Assembly: GCA_963640685.1 (NCBI GenBank)
Contig: CAVIAA010000004.1
Coordinates: forward strand, 543-64,542
Source of the DNA: Acutalibacteraceae bacterium
GTDB taxonomy: Bacteria; Bacillota; Clostridia; Christensenellales; CAG-138
Length of the DNA stretch: 64,000 nt
Direction of reading: 5' to 3'
The notes under the pieces were generated by a model. That model saw only the letters and a list, made by a program, of their open reading frames with translations. It did no database searches and was not told the origin of the DNA. The stretch's first letter is position 1. The number at the start of each line of letters is the position of its first letter. This document shows positions 10,161-19,954 of the stretch, one piece after another. Made by a program: the position numbers and the translations under genes.

Positions 10161-11828
10161 ATGAAAAAAAGCCGCGGCTTATCCAACATAGAAGAAATAC
10201 TCAAAGGGGCGCTCAAGCGGCTGGCCAACAGCCTGCGCCGCTTTAACAAGCGGGGCGGAATAGGCGGCGCCTTTGGCCGGCTTATGCTCAATATACGCAA
10301 GAGGGACAAGCGCACCATAACCTCGCTCGCTGCGGTGCTGGGCTGCGCCGTGCTGCTCATACTCGGCTCAAGGCTCATAGCCAGCCTAAAGCCGGACCCA
10401 AGCATGGAGGGCGTTATAACCTCCTCCGCCGGCATAATCGACCTTACCGGAGACTACGAGGACGCGGAGGCGGACAGGCAGGCAAAGGAGCTTGCAGCGG
10501 GGCCGACGCCGAAGCCGGTATACTACCAGCAGGGCTTTGAGGACGACAACATAGCCGAGATACAGCAGCGGTTGATGGACCTGGGCTATATGGACAACGA
10601 TGAGCCTACCAACTACTACGGCCCGAACACCAAGGAGGCCGTTGAGATATTCCAGCGGCAGCACGGGGTCACCGTAACCGGCGTTGTGGACAGGGCGACC
10701 TACGAAAAGCTCTTCTCGGACGATGCGCTGACCTACATGGCCTCCCTCGGCATAAACGGCACCGACGTTGAGGATATACAGACGCGACTGCGCGAGCTGG
10801 ACTACCTCGACAAGGTAACCGGCTACTTCGGCAAGGAGACGGAGCAGGCGGTAATAGCCTTCCAGCAGAACAACAGGCTGACCGTTGACGGCAAGGTCGG
10901 CACCGAAACGCGAGAAATGCTGTACAGCGAGGACGCGGTGCCAAAGAGCCTTAAATACGGCGAAAAGAGCGACGAGGTGCTCAAGTATCAAAAGCGGCTG
11001 AACAAGCTCGGCTACCTCTCGAGCGAGCCGGACGGCACCTTCGGGCGGGACACCGTGAACGCCGTAAAGAGCTTTCAGCGGCAGAACGGGCTTACTGTGG
11101 ACGGCTACATCGGCCCCTCCACAAAGGATCTGCTAATGAGCAGCAGCGCAAAGGCCAGCGTCATCTCGCTCGGCGAAACGAGCGACACCGTTACCAAGAT
11201 ACAGAAGCGGCTAAAGGAGCTTGGCTACCTCAAGAGCAGCGCAACGGGGTATTTCGGCACCTCTACCGAGACCGCCGTCGCCGCCTTCCAGAAGCGCAAC
11301 AGCCTGAGCTCCGACGGCAAGGTCGGCAAGGGCACCATGTCCGCCCTCTTCTCCAGCAAGGCAAAGAAGGCGCCGAGCAACTACAAGGCATCCTCCAGCA
11401 GCTCCAGCTCCAGCTCCTCGAGCAGCAGCTCGTCCAGCTCCTCCGGCGCGCTCACCGGCACCATGGGCAGCGTGGACAGGTTCATCTCCGCGGCGCAGAG
11501 CAAGATAGGCTGCCGCTACTCAAAGGGCAGCAAGGGGCCGGATAAGTTCGACTGCTCCGGCTTCGTATACTGGTGCCTGAGAGAGGCGGGAGTAAACCAG
11601 AAGTACCTAACCTCCTCCGGCTGGCGCAGCGTATCCGGCTACACAAAGGTAAGCTCGCTTTCCAGCCTGAAGCGGGGCGACATAATCGTATTCAAGGGGC
11701 ACGTCGGCATAGCGATGGGCGACGGCACCATGATAGACGCCTCCAGCGGCAACGGCAAGGTCATACACCGCAGCTGCACGGGCGACTGGTCGCAGAAAAA
11801 CTTCATCTGCGCGTGGAGGATATTCTAA
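10161..11828 (+). CDS. Cell-wall hydrolase: four PG_binding_1 repeats plus C-terminal NlpC/P60 (C40) peptidase
   Basis: N-terminal TM. Four repeats of IQ.RL..LGYL..G.FG..T..AV..FQ. An 18-Ser linker (nt 11391-11444). Catalytic Cys FDCSGFVYW and His KGHVGIAMG. Confidence 0.9.
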   Translation: MKKSRGLSNIEEILKGALKRLANSLRRFNKRGGIGGAFGRLMLNIRKRDKRTITSLAAVLGCAVLLILGSRLIASLKPDPSMEGVITSSAGIIDLTGDYEDAEADRQAKELAAGPTPKPVYYQQGFEDDNIAEIQQRLMDLGYMDNDEPTNYYGPNTKEAVEIFQRQHGVTVTGVVDRATYEKLFSDDALTYMASLGINGTDVEDIQTRLRELDYLDKVTGYFGKETEQAVIAFQQNNRLTVDGKVGTETREMLYSEDAVPKSLKYGEKSDEVLKYQKRLNKLGYLSSEPDGTFGRDTVNAVKSFQRQNGLTVDGYIGPSTKDLLMSSSAKASVISLGETSDTVTKIQKRLKELGYLKSSATGYFGTSTETAVAAFQKRNSLSSDGKVGKGTMSALFSSKAKKAPSNYKASSSSSSSSSSSSSSSSSSGALTGTMGSVDRFISAAQSKIGCRYSKGSKGPDKFDCSGFVYWCLREAGVNQKYLTSSGWRSVSGYTKVSSLSSLKRGDIIVFKGHVGIAMGDGTMIDASSGNGKVIHRSCTGDWSQKNFICAWRIF

Positions 11829-11857
11829 AAAAAGAGTGGCTTTAGCCACTCTTTTTT
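11827..11857. terminator. Bidirectional terminator between convergent genes
   Basis: AAAAAAGAGTGGC-ttta-GCCACTCTTTTTT. Confidence 0.75.
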
Positions 11858-11860
11858 ATG

Positions 11861-13156
11861 TTATTCGTACCTCAGCGCGTTTATGGGATCCATCTTGGCT
11901 GCCTTGTTTGCAGGGTAGTAGCCGAAGAATATGCCTATGGTCATTGAGAACCCAAGCGCTATGACTATGCTCTCTATGCTGGCCTTTGCGGGGAAGCCCA
12001 GCGCGTTGCTGGCAAGGCTGCCCGCGGTCACACCCAGCGCAACGCCTATCGCGCCGCCTATCAGGCATATCACGACCGCCTCGATTATGAACTGCAGCCG
12101 TATGCTGGCATTTGTAGCGCCCAGCGCCTTGCAGGTGCCTATTTCGCGGGTGCGCTCTGTTATGGATACCAGCATTATGTTCATGACCCCTATGCCGCCG
12201 ACCAGCAGCGATATACCGGCTATTACGGATATCGCGGTCTGTATGGTTCCAAGCACCGAGGAAAACTCGGATACCATGCTCTCCATGCTGAAGGCGCTCA
12301 CCTTAAAGTCGCGGTTGCTGCGGTAGTATGCGTTCAAAAACCGCTCAACGCGGCTCGCAAATGTTGTGGAATCCACGCCGGAGGCGGAGATTATCGTTGC
12401 ATATGTGTGCCCCGCCGTGGAGTGCATCGCTGCCTGCGCCGTCGCTATCGGTATGTATACCGTGGTGGATATGTCCTTTTCCGCGCCGGTGCTTATGTTG
12501 TATATGCTCTGCTCGTACTTATACACCCCTATCACGGTGTATTCATAAAAGCTGCCGCCGACCGTCGCCTCGATGCTCTGGCCTATCGCGGCCTCGTTGC
12601 TGCCGCCGAAAAGGTTGTTCACCAGCTTATCCGATACCAGCGCTATCTTGCGGTTGCCGGAAAGCTCCTCGTCGGTGAACGTTCTGCCCGAGAGTATCTC
12701 CGGCGCGTTGGAGAGGAAGTAATCCGAATTTACGCCGGTTACGGATACGTTGGCGTACTGCCTGCCCTTTTCGACCTGACCCGAGCCCACGGTTTCGCTG
12801 AGCGATATGCCCAGCAGCTCGCTGCCGTATTTTTCCCGCAGCGCAGAGAGCATCTCGTCGGTTATGTAGTCCTTTTCCTCCGGCATCTTGGCGTTTCTGA
12901 GGCTTTCAAAGCTCATTCCGCTCTGCTTCTCGTCCTCCTCGTCCTCATCGGACTTCTGCTGCAGCGTTACCTGAACGTTGTTTGCGCCGAGGGACTGCAT
13001 GGAGTCGGTAAACTTGTTCGTAACCGATTGGCCGAGTGTCATTATGGTTATGACCGCGCCTATGCCTATGATTATGCCGAGCATTGTAAGGAAGGTGCGC
13101 ATCTTGTTTGCCAAAAGGCCGCCCAGGGCAAGGCGTATGTTCTCAACTATGAGCAT
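11861..13156 (-). CDS. ABC transporter permease, FtsX/MacB type
   Basis: N-terminal TM, large extracytoplasmic domain, C-terminal FtsX-like TM bundle (REIGTCKALGA). Confidence 0.85.
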   Translation of the reverse strand: MLIVENIRLALGGLLANKMRTFLTMLGIIIGIGAVITIMTLGQSVTNKFTDSMQSLGANNVQVTLQQKSDEDEEDEKQSGMSFESLRNAKMPEEKDYITDEMLSALREKYGSELLGISLSETVGSGQVEKGRQYANVSVTGVNSDYFLSNAPEILSGRTFTDEELSGNRKIALVSDKLVNNLFGGSNEAAIGQSIEATVGGSFYEYTVIGVYKYEQSIYNISTGAEKDISTTVYIPIATAQAAMHSTAGHTYATIISASGVDSTTFASRVERFLNAYYRSNRDFKVSAFSMESMVSEFSSVLGTIQTAISVIAGISLLVGGIGVMNIMLVSITERTREIGTCKALGATNASIRLQFIIEAVVICLIGGAIGVALGVTAGSLASNALGFPAKASIESIVIALGFSMTIGIFFGYYPANKAAKMDPINALRYE

Positions 13157-13857
13157 AGCGTACCCTTCCTTTCGCCGGTTATCTCGCCGTCCATCAGGGT
13201 GAATATGCGCCCCGTCTCCTCCGCAAGGCTGTCGGAATGGGTTATGAGCACTATCGTCATGCCCTGCTCACGGTTGAGCTTGTGGAATATATCCATTATC
13301 AGCCGCCCGGTCTTGCTGTCCAGTGCACCCGTCGGCTCGTCTGCAAGCAGTATCGCGGGGTGGTTCGCCATTGCCCTGGCGATTGCTACCCTCTGCTTCT
13401 GCCCGCCGGAAAGCTCATCCGGGTTGTGCTTCATCCGCTCCCCCATGCCGACCAGCTCCAGCAGCTCCTTTGCCCGCTCCGCCCGCTCCGCGCCCGGCAC
13501 CTTTGCGTACAGCATCGGCCGCTCAACGTTCTTTAGCGCCGTCGTACGCGGAATGAGGTTATAGGTCTGGAACACGAAGCCTATCTTCTTGTTGCGTATG
13601 TGCGAGAGCTCGTCGTCATCTGCCTCGTTTATGTTCACGCCGTCCAGTATGTAGCTGCCCTCGCTGGGCCGGTCCAGTGCGCCGATTATGTTCATCAGGG
13701 TGGATTTTCCGGAGCCGGACGCGCCGACTATGGAAACGAACTCCTTTTCGTATACCGTAAGGTCAATGCCCTTTAGAACCTCTATCTCGTTTTCAGTTCC
13801 CTCAAAGAAGCGCTTTTTTATCCCCTTGAGGTCTATCATTACCTTGCGCTCGTCCAT
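13147..13857 (-). CDS. ABC transporter ATP-binding protein (MacB-type NBD)
   Basis: Walker A GASGSGKST, signature LSGGQKQR, Walker B ILLADEPT. Confidence 0.92.
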   Translation of the reverse strand: MDERKVMIDLKGIKKRFFEGTENEIEVLKGIDLTVYEKEFVSIVGASGSGKSTLMNIIGALDRPSEGSYILDGVNINEADDDELSHIRNKKIGFVFQTYNLIPRTTALKNVERPMLYAKVPGAERAERAKELLELVGMGERMKHNPDELSGGQKQRVAIARAMANHPAILLADEPTGALDSKTGRLIMDIFHKLNREQGMTIVLITHSDSLAEETGRIFTLMDGEITGERKGTLCS

Positions 13858-13858
13858 A

Positions 13859-15508
13859 TTAGCCGCCCATCATCATCATTTGCGAAAAGTCAAACGTCTC
13901 GTCGGAGGGCATGGCTACCTCGTCGCCCTCCTTTATGTCGCCGGTGACCTCGACGTAGTAGTCCCCCTCCGCGCCGACTGTGACGGGCACGGCGGTCCTT
14001 GTCGTTCCGCCGGTCTCGGTTCGGGTAATTACATATACGACATCGTTCCCGTTTTCGTCCTGCTGAACCGCGTCATACGGCACGGTCAGCACGTTTTCCG
14101 TTTCGGAAAGTATTATGTTGAGCTTTGCGTTCATGCCGAGGCGCAGCCTACCGGTGTCGCTATTTATGCGCACCTTTACCTGATAGGTGACGTCGCTGCC
14201 CTGCGTCGGCGTTGGGGAAACGAAAATCACCTCACCCTCAAGCTGCTCGTCCCTCGTTGCGTCTGTCTTGAATATCGCCTTCATGCCGAGCTCAACGTCG
14301 GCTATGTCGTATTCGTCTATCTCGGCGGAGACCACAAAGTCGCTGCAGTCCTGAATGGTAGCTATTACGCCGCCGGCGTAGGTGTCGCCCTCCTTTACGT
14401 TCACCGCGGTTATCGTGCCCGCGATGCTGGCCTTGAGCGTCCCCTTTTCCAGCTGCTCCTGATAGGTATCCACGGCGTTCTCCTGCTGCTGCGTTGCAAC
14501 GCCGGCGCTGGCCTTTGCGGATTTCAGGCCGTCCACGCTGCCGTCGTACTGGCTCTGCTGCGAGGCAACGGTGTATTCATAGCTTGCCTGCGCGTTTTCG
14601 TATGCCGTGCGGGCGCTGCGGACGCTGCTCTCCAGCGAGGAAAGGCTGGAATCCAGCGATTCATAGGTGCTTTTTGCCGCGCTGTATGCGTACTCCGCCT
14701 CGCTGCGCCGCTTGTCGAGGTCGAGGGCGTTGAGCGCCGTTTCGGCTGCGGTAAGAGCCTTCGCCGCTTCTTCAGATGCCTTAAACAATTCCGTCCTTTT
14801 CTCCGTCTGCGCCGTGTCGCTCTCGTCCGTCACGATATAGCTGTTGTAGGCGGCGAGCGCTATGTCATAGGCGTTCTTTGCACTGATATACTTCGCATAT
14901 TCTGTGCTGCCCTCAAGGTTTGCCGGTATGGAATCCAGCGTGCGCCTTGCGTCCTGCATTTCGGTATACGCCTCGCTTGCGCGGCTCTTTGCCCTGTCGT
15001 ATGCATCGCAGGCGCTGGAATACGCCTCGCCCGCGGAGATAATGTTGCGCGCTGCGGATTCTATCTGGTAATTCTGCGTTTCAACGGCCTGCTCAAGCGC
15101 CCGCCGCGCGTTGTTTACGGATACGTTGGTCTGGGTCTTTGCGGCGGAGAGCGACTTTTCCGCGTCCGCAAGGTTATCCTCGATGTCCGAGGTGTCAAAG
15201 CTGCATATTGGGTCGCCGACGGCTACCACATCGCCGACCTCAACGTTTACCGAAAGCACCTCAAGCCCCGTGAGGGAGGCTGTAAGGCTGCGCGTGCTGT
15301 CGCTTATTATGGTGCCGGTGGAGGATACGCTGCTCTGTATGCTGCGCCGCTCGACCGTCGCCGTCTCCTCGGAAAGCTCCGCAAGCTGCGCCATGGCGCG
15401 CTTCGCCCTGCTGCTGACTATTATTATCCCCGCCGCGATGAGCAGCGCCACGCAGAGGAATATCACCAGCTTTTTGTGTTTTTTTACCCAACCCTTTGCC
15501 TTTTTCAT
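13859..15508 (-). CDS. HlyD/MacA-family efflux periplasmic adaptor
   Basis: N-terminal TM anchor, long Ala/Ser/Glu-rich coiled coil, C-terminal beta-barrel domains. Confidence 0.8.
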   Translation of the reverse strand: MKKAKGWVKKHKKLVIFLCVALLIAAGIIIVSSRAKRAMAQLAELSEETATVERRSIQSSVSSTGTIISDSTRSLTASLTGLEVLSVNVEVGDVVAVGDPICSFDTSDIEDNLADAEKSLSAAKTQTNVSVNNARRALEQAVETQNYQIESAARNIISAGEAYSSACDAYDRAKSRASEAYTEMQDARRTLDSIPANLEGSTEYAKYISAKNAYDIALAAYNSYIVTDESDTAQTEKRTELFKASEEAAKALTAAETALNALDLDKRRSEAEYAYSAAKSTYESLDSSLSSLESSVRSARTAYENAQASYEYTVASQQSQYDGSVDGLKSAKASAGVATQQQENAVDTYQEQLEKGTLKASIAGTITAVNVKEGDTYAGGVIATIQDCSDFVVSAEIDEYDIADVELGMKAIFKTDATRDEQLEGEVIFVSPTPTQGSDVTYQVKVRINSDTGRLRLGMNAKLNIILSETENVLTVPYDAVQQDENGNDVVYVITRTETGGTTRTAVPVTVGAEGDYYVEVTGDIKEGDEVAMPSDETFDFSQMMMMGG

Positions 15509-15524
15509 GCAGTCTCCTTTGCTT

Positions 15525-17534
15525 TTAGGCGATCATTCCGGTGTAAAGAGTGTAATACCTGCCGCGCTGGGCGATAAGGTCGTCGTGGTCGCCCCGCTCG
15601 ATTATCCGTCCCTTGTCCATTACCATTATGGCGTTTGCGTTCTGAACCGTGGAGAGCCTGTGGGCGATGACGAACACCGTTCTGCCCGCCATCAGCTTAT
15701 CCATGCCGTTTTGAACGATTGCCTCGGTGCGGGTGTCGATGGAGCTCGTCGCCTCGTCCAGTATCATGACCGGCGCATTCGCGCAGGCGGCGCGGGCGAT
15801 GGATATGAGCTGGCGCTGCCCCTGCGATAGGCCGCTGCCGTCTCCCTCGAGCATGGTGTCGTAGCCCTTTGGCAGGCGCATTATGAAGTCGTGCGCGTTG
15901 GCGAGCTTTGCCGCGGCGATTACCTCCTCGTCCGTTGCGTCGAGCGCGCCGTAGCGTATGTTATCCCGAACCGTGCCGGTAAAGAGGTTGACGTCCTGAA
16001 GCACCATGCCGAGGCTGCGGCGCAGGTCCGCCTTTTTGATGTCACGAACGTCTATGCCGTCGTAGGTTATCTCGCCGTCCTGAATATCGTAAAAGCGGTT
16101 TATGAGGTTGGTTATGGTGGTCTTGCCCGCGCCGGTCGCGCCGACGAAGGCTATCTTCTGCCCCGGCTTTGCAAACAGGCTCACGTCGTGCAGAACGGTC
16201 TTATCCGGCAGGTAGCCGAAGTCAACGTCCTTCAATCGAACGTCGCCGCGCAGCTCGGTAAGCTCGCCCGTGGGCTTCTTCCATGCCCATTTGTCGGTGT
16301 GCTCCGAGGTTTCTCTCAGCGCGCCGCCCTCCTCCTTAACGTTTACGAGGGTTATGGTGCCGTTGTCCTCCTCCGGCTGCTCATCCATCATGGCGAATAT
16401 GCGCTCCGCACCGGAAAGCGCCATGACTATGGAATTGAGCTGCTGCGAAACCTGGCTCACCGGCATATTGAAGCTCTTGGAGAGCTGCAAAAACGATGCT
16501 ATGCCGCCGAGCGTCATTCCGCCTACGCCGCCTATCGCCATAAGCCCGCCCGCTATTGCAAGCAGAACGTACTGGAAGTGGCCGAGGTTGTTGTTTATTG
16601 GACCTATAACGTTGGTAAACTGGTTCGCGGCGGAGGAGTTGTAGCGAAGCTCCTCGTTCAGCTCGTCAAATTCCTCCTTGCACTGCCGCTCGTGGCAGAA
16701 TACGTTTATCACCCGCTGGCCGTTTATCATTTCCTCGATGAAGCCGTTTGCATCGCCCAGCGCCTCCTGCTGCAGGCTGAAGAACCTTGCGCTGTTGCCG
16801 GCGACGTTTGCGGTTATCTTGAGCATGGGGTACATGGTAACTATGGTTATAAGCGTCAGCAGCGGGCTCACTATCACCATTGCGCACAGCACGCCGACTA
16901 TGGTTATTGCAGAGCTCATCATGTTGGGTATGCTCTGGGATATCATCATCTCCAGCGTGTCTATGTCGTTGGTATACCGGCTCATTATGTCACCGTAGGC
17001 GTTGCGGTCAAAGTAGGATATCGGCAGCGTCTGCATATGGTCGAACAGCTCGTCGCGGATGTTCTTCTGCACGCCCTGCGATACCGTTACCATTATGCGG
17101 CTGTATATGAAGGTCGCAAGCATACCCGCAACATATATGCAGGCCATAGTTGCAATAGCCCTGAGCAGGCCGGAAAAATCCGGGCTTGCGCTGCCGATTA
17201 GCGGCTCGATGTAGGTATCTATAAGCGTCTTTGTGAACATGCTGCCGGCTATGCCCGCAAGCGCGCTTATTATAATGCCTATGAACACCGCCGCCATGTG
17301 CAGCCGGTACGGCTTGAACATCGCAGCAAGCCGCTTTATTGTCTTTTTGCTGTTTGCGCCGAGGTTTTTAAGGTCCTGCGCGTTGAGCGGCCTGCGCGGG
17401 CCGGGGCCCTCCTGCTGCTGCGGCTTTGAGGAGCGCCTGCGCCTCTTTTCCTTAAGCTCTATATTTACCTCGACCTCGGCGTGCTTGTTGGTCTTATCCG
17501 TTATCTTTATGTTTCTGCTGTTATTTTTGCTCAT
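15525..17534 (-). CDS. ABC exporter, fused permease/ATPase (heterodimer partner B)
   Basis: 6-TM exporter domain. Walker A GATGAGKTT, signature LSQGQRQ, Walker B MILDEATS. Confidence 0.9.
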   Translation of the reverse strand: MSKNNSRNIKITDKTNKHAEVEVNIELKEKRRRRSSKPQQQEGPGPRRPLNAQDLKNLGANSKKTIKRLAAMFKPYRLHMAAVFIGIIISALAGIAGSMFTKTLIDTYIEPLIGSASPDFSGLLRAIATMACIYVAGMLATFIYSRIMVTVSQGVQKNIRDELFDHMQTLPISYFDRNAYGDIMSRYTNDIDTLEMMISQSIPNMMSSAITIVGVLCAMVIVSPLLTLITIVTMYPMLKITANVAGNSARFFSLQQEALGDANGFIEEMINGQRVINVFCHERQCKEEFDELNEELRYNSSAANQFTNVIGPINNNLGHFQYVLLAIAGGLMAIGGVGGMTLGGIASFLQLSKSFNMPVSQVSQQLNSIVMALSGAERIFAMMDEQPEEDNGTITLVNVKEEGGALRETSEHTDKWAWKKPTGELTELRGDVRLKDVDFGYLPDKTVLHDVSLFAKPGQKIAFVGATGAGKTTITNLINRFYDIQDGEITYDGIDVRDIKKADLRRSLGMVLQDVNLFTGTVRDNIRYGALDATDEEVIAAAKLANAHDFIMRLPKGYDTMLEGDGSGLSQGQRQLISIARAACANAPVMILDEATSSIDTRTEAIVQNGMDKLMAGRTVFVIAHRLSTVQNANAIMVMDKGRIIERGDHDDLIAQRGRYYTLYTGMIA

Positions 17535-19263
17535 CGAAATCTCCGCCCCCCTTCTGCTGGGATTCGTATACCTCGCGGTAGATGCTGCACCGCCCCAGCA
17601 GCTCCTCGTGGCTGCCGAAGTCCGCTATTCTGCCGTTGTCCATAACTATTATCCTGTCCGCCTCCTGAACCGAGCTTATGCGCTGCGCGATGATTATTTT
17701 TGTCACATCCGGCAGCTCCTTTGCGAAGGATTCGCGTATCGCCCTGTCCGTCGCCGTGTCAACGGCGCTGGTCGAGTCGTCCAATATGAGTATCTTGGGC
17801 TTTTTAAGCAGTGCGCGGGCGATGCAGAGCCGCTGCTTCTGCCCGCCGGAGAGGTTTGAGCCGCCCTGCTCAACGAAGGAATCGTAGCCCTCCGGCATTG
17901 CGGATATAAAGCCGTCCGCCTGCGCGACCCTGGCCGCCCTTTTAAGCTCCTCGTCCGTTGCGTTCTCGTCGCCCCAGCGCAGGTTTTCCGCAACGGTGCC
18001 GGAGAACAGCTCGTTCTTTTGCAGAACCATCGACACCGCGCCGCGCAGCGCCTCGATGTCATATTCGCGAACGTCCCGCCCGCCAACGCGGACGCTGCCC
18101 GCCGTAACGTCATACAGCCTCGGTATCAGCTGAACGAGGGTGGATTTGCCGCTGCCGGTTCCGCCTATGAGGCCGATGGTCTCGCCGCTGCTTATGTGCA
18201 GGTCGATGTCGTCAAGGCAGCTTATGCCGCCCTCCCCGCCGTAGCTGAAGGATACGCCGTCAAAGTCTATGCTGCCGCTTTTTATCTCTGTCGCGGCGTT
18301 GTCTGCGTTCGTAATGTCCGTCCTTTCGTTGAGCACCTCGCATATGCGCTCCGCCGAGGCGCGGGAGATTATCACCATCATCAGCACCATCGAGAGCATC
18401 ATAAGGCTGGTAAGTATGCTCATGGCATAGGTCAGCACGCTCATGAGCTGCCCCGTCGTCATGGAGCCCGAAACTATGTACCTTGCGCCTATCCAGCTTG
18501 AAAGCAGTATGCAGGTGTATATGGAAGCCTGCATAAGCGGGGAGGCGTAGGTGGTTATCTTCTCCGCCCTGGAAAAGTCGCGGTATATGGTATCGGATAC
18601 GCGGCCGAACTTCTCCTTCTCGTGCTCCTCGCGAACGAAGGCCTTTACTACCCGTATCCCGCGCAGGTTTTCCTGAACGACGCTGTTCAGCTTATCGTAG
18701 GTTTTGAATACCCGCTCGTATATCGGGTGCGCCTTGGACATCATTATATATATGCCGAGCCCCAGCACAGGCACCGCGCAGAGGAAAACCGTCGCTATCC
18801 TGGCGTTTATCCTGAAGGACATTATGAGCGAGAACACCAGCATCAGCGGGCTCCTTATCGCCGTGCGTATTATCATCATATACGCCTGCTGAAGCCTTGT
18901 AACGTCCGTCGTAAGCCTCGTTATAAGGCTTGCGGTGGAGAATTTGTCGATATTTGCAAAGGAAAAGGTCTGTATGTTGTAGTACATATCCTGCCTTACG
19001 TTCTTTGCAAAGCCTGTTGAGGCGATCGCCGCGCTGCGGCCGGAAAGCACGCCGAAGGCAAGCGATATCACCGCGCAGAGCAGCAGCAGACCGCCGATGC
19101 GCAGTATCGCCCCCATATCGCCGGGGGTTATGCCGTCGTCGATGAGCTTTGAGAGCACATAGGTTATCGCGACCTCCATGCCGACCTCGCCCACCATAAA
19201 CAGCGGGGTGAGCAGCGAATCCTTCTTATATTCCCTTATACACCTTGAAAGGGTCTTTATCAT
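17521..19263 (-). CDS. ABC exporter, fused permease/ATPase (heterodimer partner A)
   Basis: 6-TM exporter domain. Walker A GGTGSGKST, signature LSGGQKQR, Walker B ILILDDSTS. Overlaps its neighbours by 14 nt and 4 nt. Confidence 0.9.
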   Translation of the reverse strand: MIKTLSRCIREYKKDSLLTPLFMVGEVGMEVAITYVLSKLIDDGITPGDMGAILRIGGLLLLCAVISLAFGVLSGRSAAIASTGFAKNVRQDMYYNIQTFSFANIDKFSTASLITRLTTDVTRLQQAYMMIIRTAIRSPLMLVFSLIMSFRINARIATVFLCAVPVLGLGIYIMMSKAHPIYERVFKTYDKLNSVVQENLRGIRVVKAFVREEHEKEKFGRVSDTIYRDFSRAEKITTYASPLMQASIYTCILLSSWIGARYIVSGSMTTGQLMSVLTYAMSILTSLMMLSMVLMMVIISRASAERICEVLNERTDITNADNAATEIKSGSIDFDGVSFSYGGEGGISCLDDIDLHISSGETIGLIGGTGSGKSTLVQLIPRLYDVTAGSVRVGGRDVREYDIEALRGAVSMVLQKNELFSGTVAENLRWGDENATDEELKRAARVAQADGFISAMPEGYDSFVEQGGSNLSGGQKQRLCIARALLKKPKILILDDSTSAVDTATDRAIRESFAKELPDVTKIIIAQRISSVQEADRIIVMDNGRIADFGSHEELLGRCSIYREVYESQQKGGGDFDEQK

Positions 19264-19709
19264 ATTCCCTTCGCCTCCTGTTCCCTCGCGTTCTCACATA
19301 TGCGCTCGCATATCTCGTGAAACGCCTTTTTCTCCTCCTCGGTTATCCCGTATGACAGCTCCCGCTCAATTTCGCTCAGCCGCTCTATGGTGGAAAGGCT
19401 GCGCTGCCGAGTCGCCGCCGTCACTGATATTCGCTTCAGCCGCGCGTCGTTTTCCTCCGCAAGCCGCATTATCAGCCCCTTGCGCTCCATTGCCTGAAGC
19501 AGCTTGGTCGCGGTGCTGCGGCGAATGTTGAACTCCGCCTCGATGTCCTTCTGATATATCGGCCTGTCGCCGTTGTCCATCAAAAAGCCCATTATCCTGC
19601 ACTGGCTCGCGGTCAGCCCCATCGGCATGCCTATTCCCATAGCCTCAAAGCTGCGGCGAATCGCCTGATGCGCCGATTTTATATCGGCACACGGGTTGTA
19701 GTTTTCCAT
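19260..19709 (-). CDS. MarR family transcriptional regulator
   Basis: Winged-helix pattern QCRIMGFLMDNGDRPIYQKDIEAEFNIRRSTATKLLQAMERKGLI. ATG 19709 is preferred to the TTG at 19748. Confidence 0.85.
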   Translation of the reverse strand: MENYNPCADIKSAHQAIRRSFEAMGIGMPMGLTASQCRIMGFLMDNGDRPIYQKDIEAEFNIRRSTATKLLQAMERKGLIMRLAEENDARLKRISVTAATRQRSLSTIERLSEIERELSYGITEEEKKAFHEICERICENAREQEAKGI

Positions 19710-19740
19710 ATAGTTTTCCGCCTGTTCAATAGTATAAAAA

Positions 19741-19754
19741 GTTAGCAAGCTAAC
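19741..19754. promoter_or_regulatory. Palindromic operator candidate GTTAGCaaGCTAAC (MarR box 1)
   Basis: Perfect 6+2+6 inverted repeat about 32 nt upstream of the marR ATG, next to a TATACT -10-like hexamer on the minus strand. Confidence 0.5.
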
Positions 19755-19817
19755 AGTAATGTATTATACCTGCGGGTTTTTTCAAAGTCAACGGAGTACA
19801 CAAAAAAGACACAAATT

Positions 19818-19831
19818 GTTAGCCTGCTAAC
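19818..19831. promoter_or_regulatory. Palindromic operator candidate GTTAGCctGCTAAC (MarR box 2)
   Basis: Second copy of the same half-sites, 77 nt from box 1 in the divergent intergenic region. Confidence 0.5.
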
Positions 19832-19954
19832 AGTTTTTTAACGGCGTATCTATTTGTATACTTTTCGTAAAAACGGCAAATTTCCCCGTGACAGCGGGGC
19901 CGCCGATAAGGTATTATATCACCATTAAATAAAAGGGAGCATTAAGATCTTATT

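Noticed and set aside
11391-11444. Tandem AGC/TCC repeat tract
   Set aside because: It is in frame inside the NlpC/P60 gene and encodes an 18-Ser interdomain linker. It is not a CRISPR, VNTR element or mobile repeat. A similar Ser/Asp/Tyr-rich tract at about 50050-50130 is likewise coding.
13688-15577. 629-aa plus-strand ORF, the longest of many long antisense ORFs. Others include 24847-26691 minus, 15891-17201 plus, 55600-56862 plus, 12407-13564 plus, 34803-36068 plus and 41335-42489 plus.
   Set aside because: All lie opposite genes with clear conserved motifs (HlyD adaptor, NrdD, ABC exporter, cysteine desulfurase and others). Their translations are Arg/Ala/Gly/Leu-rich low-complexity text with no recognisable domain. 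These are the shadow ORFs expected in high-G+C DNA.
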